This document shows positions 10,901 to 19,900 of a stretch of DNA of 56,088 nt, piece after piece. The DNA is from Candidatus Omnitrophota bacterium (GTDB lineage Bacteria; Omnitrophota; Omnitrophia; Omnitrophales; Aquincolibacteriaceae), in contig JBDRCT010000012.1 of assembly GCA_043821445.1 (NCBI GenBank), forward strand, positions 1-56,088, read 5' to 3'. The notes under the pieces are model-generated. The model did no database searches. It worked only from the letters and a program-made list of their open reading frames with translations, and was not told the DNA's origin. Each line of letters opens with the position of its first letter. The stretch's first letter is position 1. Made by a program: the position numbers and the translations under genes.

Positions 10901-13900
10901 CTAACTATTATATTGATGCGTACTTTTATAACGAAAAGAAAGAAAAGATTCGCGTTTTTGACGAAATTTATCCGGATGCCCCGTACGGCCATCCCAACCT
11001 TTGGCGCGATGTCCATATGGCGGTTTACGGCTGGGCGACCCAGCACCTGGTCCGGGAGCTCCAAAAAAAAGGAGTGGTTAAAAATAAGATCCTATTCGTG
11101 GATAATGAAGTGTTCGTTAGTACGCCAACTCCGATGTTCCCCGATGCAGTTCACCACCACGTCAACCATACAGTTTTCCGGCCCGGACTTTATATGCCGG
11201 ATGAAGCGTCCTACGAGATGCTGGGATATCCCGAGACCCAACGTAAATTCATCACGCAAAACGGGAAAATCAACGTCGTGGATGCAGTGGGGATCTCTTC
11301 GCGTCTGATCACGGGCGTCGCGCTTTACGAACATACGGCGGTTTTGGCCGACGATATCATGGCCGCATATCCTCATAAATTGGTCGGGTACAACGAGAAT
11401 GGGGTCCGCAATACGAACGGTGTCCTGCTTGAACAGTGGCAATCTCCTATCCTGAGGAGCCTGATCGACCAATACAAACGGCAACTCGGTATACAGCCGG
11501 AAGTTCCCGACAAAGAATTCTTTGAGCTTTTAAGTTCTGCCCCCCACGCGGCCGCTTTGGAATCATTCAAACAAAAAGCAGAATTCACAAAAGCGGTCGG
11601 AATCATCGAAACTCTTCTTTGGCTCACAGAAGACCAAAATTTCCCGGGATGGCTTGATGCTGTTGCGGCGGCCTACAAGGAAAAGGCCGGCCTTGAAAGG
11701 GTCGACGAACAAAAACTTATTGAGGATTTCCGGCGTGCCGTTGAATTGGCGATGGAGGACCCCGAGGCATGGCAGGCATTGACCCAAAGAGAAGATCTTG
11801 TTTTCCTAAAAGAATTCCTATTCAAAGATCCGATCCTTGCCAATGTCCGCCGCCAGGTATCGTATAAGGGACCGGACAAATGGATTGAGATCCTTGAAAA
11901 GTTGAAAAGCGATCCTCAGGCCCTGGCGGAATTTAAGGCAAAAGCCCCGCGCGTGATTATCGGAGGCCGAGAATTCGGTGATGAGGCCCACTGGATGTTC
12001 TTAAGGATCCAGTCACTCATCGGGGAATTGGGGCTCCAGGACAGGATTGCTACCATCGATGACTACAATATTTATATTGCGCCAACCATTGCTCAAGGCG
12101 TTTCCGGGGCCGTGATGCTTTCCGATGAGAAATTAGAGGCCGCATCCACTTTCACGATGAAAGTCATGACCAATATGGGCGTCCTGATCGGTGTTTGGGG
12201 TGGCGCGGATCCCGAGCTTTTCACAATCGTTGACATGAAGGCCGGACGCGAAATAGACATTTTCAAAGAAAAGGTGACCCATGACATACTGGTTGCCAAA
12301 TTGGAAAGTAAAGAGTGGAAAATCACAAACGGATTCCTTGTTGCGTACAGTAATACCGAACAAAGCACACAGGTAGGCGGAGGGCGGCGACCTTCCGCAG
12401 CGTCCCTTTTGCAAGATCTTTACGATTTGAATGACAGCTATCAGGACCCATCGGGCCGCCGCGACCTGCAGTTCGCTGTTCTTCGATCCACGCCCAAAGT
12501 GGATATGGCTCGGGGGCAGGCCGCAGCGCTTAAAACTTTGTGGGAAAGGACGATTCGGATCCTGCAAGAAGAAGACGAGCTTTTTGACGGGCTCGAAGTC
12601 GCAGCAGAAGACACAGAAAAATTCTTTAAAAAATCCCTTGCCCAAAACAGACAGCCGGAGTTCATCTGGCATGGCACGGCTCAAGACGCTTGGGACATTG
12701 CCGGTATTTTAGGATTTATCCAAGGGTTCCGCTATCTCAAGATGAAAGGCAGGGAAAGTTATAACAGCATCGCCCATCATGCCACGCAGGGTGAAAAAGG
12801 GGACATTTTTTCTTACTTGGAAAATTTTTTCGAAGGGTTTAATGCGACGCTGACACCCGTGATCAACAAAATTCACGAACTTGCCAGGCAAGCGCAAGCG
12901 GCCCAAACGATGGAAGAAAAAGTCAAAGCGAATCTGGAAGCCTTAGAGATCGTCGAACGAATGGCCGTCGAAATCTCGTACCATCTCCTGGAACATTACA
13001 TCAGGACCCAGGATAAAAAGATCGAAGCCTATTTAGCAAATCCTGTGGTTCGAGAAAATATAGCCATTTATCTGGAACGGCATGCGGTTCCTTTCAGGTC
13101 GATCGCGAAAAAGATCCGGGGATATGCCGTGGATATCAATGGCCAAAAATACCTCGTGGCACTGAATCTCGGTGAATACGATTTTCCCAGCGAAAAAGGT
13201 GAGAAGGCATGGGGCTCTCTCTACGGCCGCGAGGCCGCAGAAGGTCTCGTGGGCAGCGACGATGATTTCCGGATTTATCAGGTCGTCGATGCGATCTCCG
13301 GGGAGTCCCACGGGAAATATTCTTTATGGAAAATGGCGGAGACGATTCCCGTCGGAGTTCCTTTCCCGGGCGTTCAGGTCATGAAGCTGGTGGATTCCGG
13401 CGAGAGGACCGAGAAGCAAGAGATCTCGCTGGGGAAAGATGTGGTGGATTATCTCGAGGCCCTGACGAACGGGCGTCTTGTCAGCGATGAAAAACCGATC
13501 ACGCAACTCCTTTTTCAAAAGGTTAAAGACAGTATCGACGATCCCGAAAAAATGACGCGTTTGTTAAGAGGACTAACCAACCTTTCGCGCGATGAGGCCG
13601 TCGCAAAATTTGGCGAAAAGGGGGTCCCGGCCGTCATGGCGTTTGTTACCATCCTCTCGCCCGGACGATTGGAAAAAATCAAAGATTGGAACAGCGAGGT
13701 CTATGAGGCGTTGAGCGGAATGATCCAACAACCAGACCTCGAAGGTCTTTTTAGGACGGGAAAAACATGGTTCCATCGCGTAGACCGCGACAGCGCGATC
13801 GTTATTTCAAGAAGTCTTTCAGGCAAAAAGGTGGTTGTGCCGATCCACTTCTCCGCAACGCCCTTTCGTTCCGATGATGGAAAAGCATGGTTCCGCGTTC

Positions 13901-16900
13901 TTGATGTTGATCGTCTGGGCCTTCCGCTTTCTGAAGATGCCAGATACCAGGTTTACAACGTTCTTTCGGATACGATCTATCCTTTAGAGCATTCCGGAAA
14001 GGAACTTTCCGACGAAAAATGGTCCATCGGTGTTCCCGTGGAAGTGCCGCAAGACCCCACCGTTCTTCGCGAGCCCCCCTATCGCTTTCAAGCCCTGGAA
14101 GTGATTCCCGCAGGTTCTGTAGCGTCCCAACGCTCGGAAATGCGGGCGGAAAACGCATGGCCGCAACATGAAGCCCAAAAGATCGCCGTGATCGGCACCG
14201 GGTTCGTCGGCGCCACGAAAGCGATCCTGCTTGTGACCGATTGGGGCCATGATGTGATCGCGGTAGACATCCAGCCGCAGATCGTCGAAAAACTATCCAG
14301 TGGAAAGTTGACCTTTCACGCGAATGACCTTCAAGAACTCCTGACCGAAGGGCTCAGGACCGGCAAACTCAAATTTACCACCGACTACACGCAAGCGATC
14401 GAGGGGCGGGAGATCATTTTCTTGGCAGTCCAAACACCGCAGAGTGAGACCGGGCACGCAAACATCAATTATCTCAAAGATTCCGTCCGGGAGATCGCCC
14501 GACTTGTCCATCCCGGGGAATCCAAGATCCTCATCGGCAAGAGTACGGCCCCGCCGCGGGACACGGTGGCGACATTGAAAGCGGTTGTTGCGGAAGAATT
14601 TCAACGGCGCGAAGCTGCCGGAGAGGACCTCCAAGGCGCTACGATCCATTTCGCATGGGAGCCGGAGTTCCTAAGGGAAGGCAAAGAAGTCGAAGATGAC
14701 CGTGGCGTTGCAGGGCGCGTTGTGATCGGCGCGGACGATCCGGAGGTTGCCCTCAAGATCAAACAACTTTATGCGCACGCAAATCCCGATCCGGGACACG
14801 CCCGCACGAACGTGCCGGTCGTTCTTACGGACCTGACGAGCGCTCCGCTTGTCAAATATGCCGCTAACGGTTACCGCGGGATGAAGATCTCCTACATCAA
14901 TTTTATCAGCTGGCTTACGGAAGCCTTGGGCCTTAACATCGATCAGGTCGCTCATGACATTGCGACGCGAGCAGATTCCGGAGAAGAGGATCGCCGGATC
15001 GGCCGGGCGTTTTTAAGCGCAGGTCTGGGATTCGGGGGATCCTGTTTCCCGAAGGATCTTGCGTCGGCAGTCCAGATCTCGCGGGGTCTTGGGGTGCTCC
15101 CGGGGCTTGTGCTCGACGCGCTCGCGGTGAACGAACTTCAGTGGAAACGTTTTGTCGAAAAACTGGTCATCCATGAGCTCCAGAACGTTCAAGGCAAAAC
15201 GATCGTGGTTCTGGGCGCTTCTTTTAAACCCGGGACCGATGATATCCGAGAATCGCGCGCCGTGAAGGTGATCTCGAAGCTGCTGGGGCGCGGGGCCAAG
15301 ATCCGCGTCTATGATCCCGTCGCGGTCGAGCGCCTCCGGGACCCGAGGATCGGGCCTTTTAAGGACGATACGGCCATTGAATATTATTCGGACCCGTCAC
15401 AGCTCAACGCGATGCTGGAAAATTCGGATGCGGTGATCCTTGCGACAGAATGGCCGGATTTTGACAGGATCAATTTCGAGAATCTCCGTCACTGGTTCGT
15501 GGATCATAAAAAGGCTCTCCCCCCGATCTTTGATGGACGGAATTTCTTTAAGGAAAGTAAAGTGAATGATCCCGAACTGATCCGGCAGCAGCAGCGCTAC
15601 GCGCTCGGGCTAGATGAGAAGAGCCTGAAATTCCCTTATTTTAATATCGGACACGGCGAAATGCACAGCAAACCGCTTGTGCCTCACAATGAATTCGTGG
15701 AACGCGTCCGGGAATCTTTTCTGGCTTTGCGTATTTCTTATATCAATATGATCGCGGAAATCGCGGAGCGGGTCGGGGCGAACATCCGCGATGTCAAACG
15801 AGGTTTAGGCTTGGATTTCGTGGTGGGGGAGGAATATCTCGCGCCCGGGATCGGTTGGGGGGGGAACAAATTAAGCACCGCACTTGAAGATCTGGAAGGT
15901 TATGTAGAGCAATACTTGTCCGAGCAGCTTCTTCAAGAGTTCCAGAAGACTCGTCAAGCCATCCAGCAAAAATTCGAATTTCCTCGAGATACCGCTCAGA
16001 GCGAAGCGTTACCCGTTCCTTTTATTACCACGGTCAGGAAAATCAACGACCAGCAGATTGCCCTTTATCTTGAAAAAGCCAAAAAAGCCGCCGGGGGCGA
16101 TCTCCGGGGTAAGATCGTCGCGGTCCTGGGTCTGGCGTACAAGCCGGGAGAATTCGCGACTTACCAGTCACGGGCCTTGAACCTTATTGAGGCCCTTCTG
16201 CAGGAAGGAGCGATCGTTCGCGCGACGGACGTGGACCGACAAGCTGTAACAAACGCCCGGCGCGACTTGGATGAAATGCATGTTCCGCGCTCCGAAAATC
16301 TGACGCTTGTCCTGGAGAGCAGAACGGCGCAGGAAAACGCCCGCGAGACCGTACGGGGTAGCGAGATCCAGATCTTGGTGACGGCGTCTTCCGCTTTCGC
16401 GAATGTCGTCCCTATTTTCTTTGATGAGGAGAAGCGACCGGTCGCGAAAGCATCCAAGATGGTGGACGGCAGGCATTTTTATGATCCGGCAGACCTGAAA
16501 AAACAAGGCATCGAATATTTTGCCGTCGGAGTTCCCTCACCCGCCAGCGGGAAAGAGACTGTTCTTGAAGACCGGGAACAAGCCAAAGTCCTGGTGGCTC
16601 TTAAAGAGTCCGTTTCATTTCCCGAGAAATCCATAAAGGTCCGTTCTCAGGAGGACGGTCGTATTCTTGCAAGTCTAAAAGTCCGGATTAACCCCGGCAT
16701 GCTCGGGAAGGTCAGGTTCTTTTCCCATTTTGGTTTTTATGCGGGGGATGAAACTCCATGGCAAGATCAAGAAGTGGATGCCGAAAGAGAGATGACTCTC
16801 CTGAATCAAGAGGGAGACTGGGAAAACTATGAGATCCATGCGGTGATCGATCCCAGGAAATCCATTCCCGGAAGAAGCGGTGAGCTCGGGGTCACGTTCT

Positions 16901-19900
16901 TCGCATCGCCGGCAGCTATTTCCAGACAAGAGGCGAGCTTTATCACACAAAGACTAAAGGCCGGGGACCAGGGTGTGCATGATGGAAAGATCGAAGTGAA
17001 ACCCGAAGCCGCCATGCGCTCAGAAATGCGCCGGGACGGCAGTGAAAAAGTAACAAGAAAAGGAATGGCGGCATTGCACGCTCTGGCCGTGCAGCATCAA
17101 GGAGGAAAGATCGATGATACCCAGTTAAATATCGCGCTTGATCTCGAGGTGTCCCAGACTAGCATTTCGAAGATGTTTCGCGAATTTAATGTTGAGACAA
17201 GAGGACTTCCCCCAAAAGAAAAAAATGCCGCCGTTATTCAAGCACAAAAATTACAAGTGGAATTGGCAGAACGTCTAGGGGTGTCGCTGAAGGTCGCCGG
17301 GGAGATCTTAAGGAAGCCGGGCGGGGAGGAAAAAGAACGAATCATGGCGTTTTACATCTGGATCAAAGGATTGAAGAAGGGCCAGGAAATCCCGCAAAGC
17401 ACGCGCGAGATCGCGTTGAAATATGGGGTGGCCCAGTCTACCGTTCAAAACAATTTAGAAAGGAAAGAAGTCAAGGCGGGCGGGCTCACACTCCGGCAAA
17501 GGCACGCGAATTTCAAAACCTGGGTCATGGCTCACAGCGGACAAAGAATCTCCGGTACGGTTTCGGCGATTGCCCAAGACCGCGGATTGTGGAACAGGCT
17601 CGTTGCTTCGACTCTCAGGCGTTATGGCATTGCGCTCGTCTCGGCTCCTGCCAGCGCTGAAAAGACTGATCTCGAAAAGGGAAAACTTGTTGCCGTCCGT
17701 TCCGAAATGCGAACAGAATTGCCGCAGGGCATCCGGTACCAGGACCAGGTCCGGGTCGTGGAATCGGCAAATTGGTTTTTTCAAGGCATTGTTCCTCAGG
17801 ATAGAAAGGTGAAGGATTCCATTGACCGCACGATAGAAAGACTCAGTGAAATCATTCGTGAAGCGGTGCGAGACCAAAAACCCGTTTTATTGAGCGGGGT
17901 CGCCGTTTCCAGCGACGACGACCAGCTGTTTGAGATGCTCGGATTCGCTCCAGCTACAACGCGCCAAGATGCAGAGCGCGAAACCTTGTTCGCGATCAGC
18001 GATGCTGTTCGAAATGATCCGGGGATCGAATTTTGGAGATCCGAAAGGAGACTGCATTTTTTTGCAGCGGGAGAAAGAAGAGAGCTGATTCTAAAGCAAG
18101 ACCGAGGGGAATATTCCAAACTTTTTAAGGATCTCATCGGTAATCGTCTTAAGGGCCAAGAGGATCGGTTAAGGGGCGCCAATAGTTTTGATGCGGCGGT
18201 CCGGCTGAACAAGATCGCCGTGGCCAGTTCCGTGAAGGTGGAATATGGGCTCCGTGACCTTGCGGCCTTGGCGAATTGGCTCTCTCTCGATCCGGAAGTT
18301 GTAAGGGGTGCCGTCATCACGCAGGCGGAGTACAAAAACCTTCCGGCCACAAAACCCGCCGAAAAAGCGATTACCGCACCGAAACCCGTAACACCGCCGT
18401 CTCCGGAAATGTTATTCCTTTTAGAAGTTTTGAGCCAGATACAGACGGTTTGGGCGGAGCGCGAAGCTCATTGGGCGGTCCAGCAAGTCCATGAAGAAAC
18501 CGCCGCGTTGGCCGCGTGGGACCAGCCATTGAAGTTCGGGAACAATCATATTCAGAAAGAGGAGCGGGATGCAGTCCGTCAATATAGTGAAACTGCCGCA
18601 GATATTTATTTCGCCAAGACCGGGGTTTTCCCTAAGCAAGGGCTGAAAAAACTCATAAAACAAGAAACGAAAGAAGTTAATGGACGAAGATTTCTCGATG
18701 AGACTCCTTATCGAAAGATCTTAGAACGCGAATCTGCCCTGAGGACCTTGATAAACAGCCCTATCGAGGCGGAGGGGAATGCTACCGGGCCGGTCCGCAA
18801 ACGGATCGAAAGGATCTTTAGTACCATGATCGAACTGCGGGAGCTCCTCGGAAAGAGAGTTTTTTCCATTTCCAAACTTTATGAAATGAAACCCACTCTG
18901 GGGATATTCCGCCAACCCCATTCGGAAGTGCAACATCTCTTTGCAAAGCACATCGCGCACCTTCTTTTTGTAAGAAAAACGGGTTCAAGGGCCCTTAATG
19001 ACCAGGGTCAAGGGTTCGCCGGTTTTGTGGACGAATTATTTAGAAGTAAAGACATTCCCCTTGAGAGAGAGGGACAGAACAGAGCAGTTCCGTCCTCGGT
19101 TGCCAGGGGAGCCCTTGCGGATCTTCGGGCTTCCATCGAACAGCGTAAGGATTTTTATGACGCTAAAACAACGATCCTTGCGGACACGATCGGCAGGATG
19201 TATGGCGATATTCTTCGGCAGATCGAAGAGATCTCCGGGATCGAAGAAGAGCAAGCCTTTATGTCCAAGTTCCGTCAAATGCTAAACGATCTCGGGATGG
19301 TGTTGGCCAATGATGATCTGAAGCGTTGGTTTACGGGAATCGGTGAACCCTCCGCGGGACAGGAGATAGCAAGCATCGCACAAATGGAAGTGATCGGGGC
19401 GGTCATGGAACCTTTTTTTGCCGATGTTTCAGAAAAAAGCGCTTCTTCAGCACCACGAAGCGAAATACGAACTGTTGCAGCGGTAGCTACTCTAATGCCA
19501 ACGGAAACGATCACGGATAGCCAACTCATTGAAAAGAACAGGCTTTTTGGCGGCGGAGGGTTACAAGGGTTTCGTGGCGTAACGGAAAAGATCACGGACG
19601 GTATCTGGTCGCTTGTAGTGCATACGGTTAACGCGGTCAATGCCGTTGCGGCTTTCTTCGGCATGGCGGACTCCAAGGGCGAAATGCTGGATGTTACGAC
19701 GAAACCCCGGAGCGCTTTCGAAAAAACTAGGACCGCTGCGGCTCGAAGCGTTCTTGGTCTCAAATCGCTTACGTCCTCCGACGGATTTGTTCTGGGCAAG
19801 GACTTGGCTTTCAAGGACGGCGCTCTGATCGTGATGCGTAAAGTTTTTGGAGAAACTCCTGCGGCGGTTCTTGCTTCGTATGAATCCCTGAGTTCCGCCG

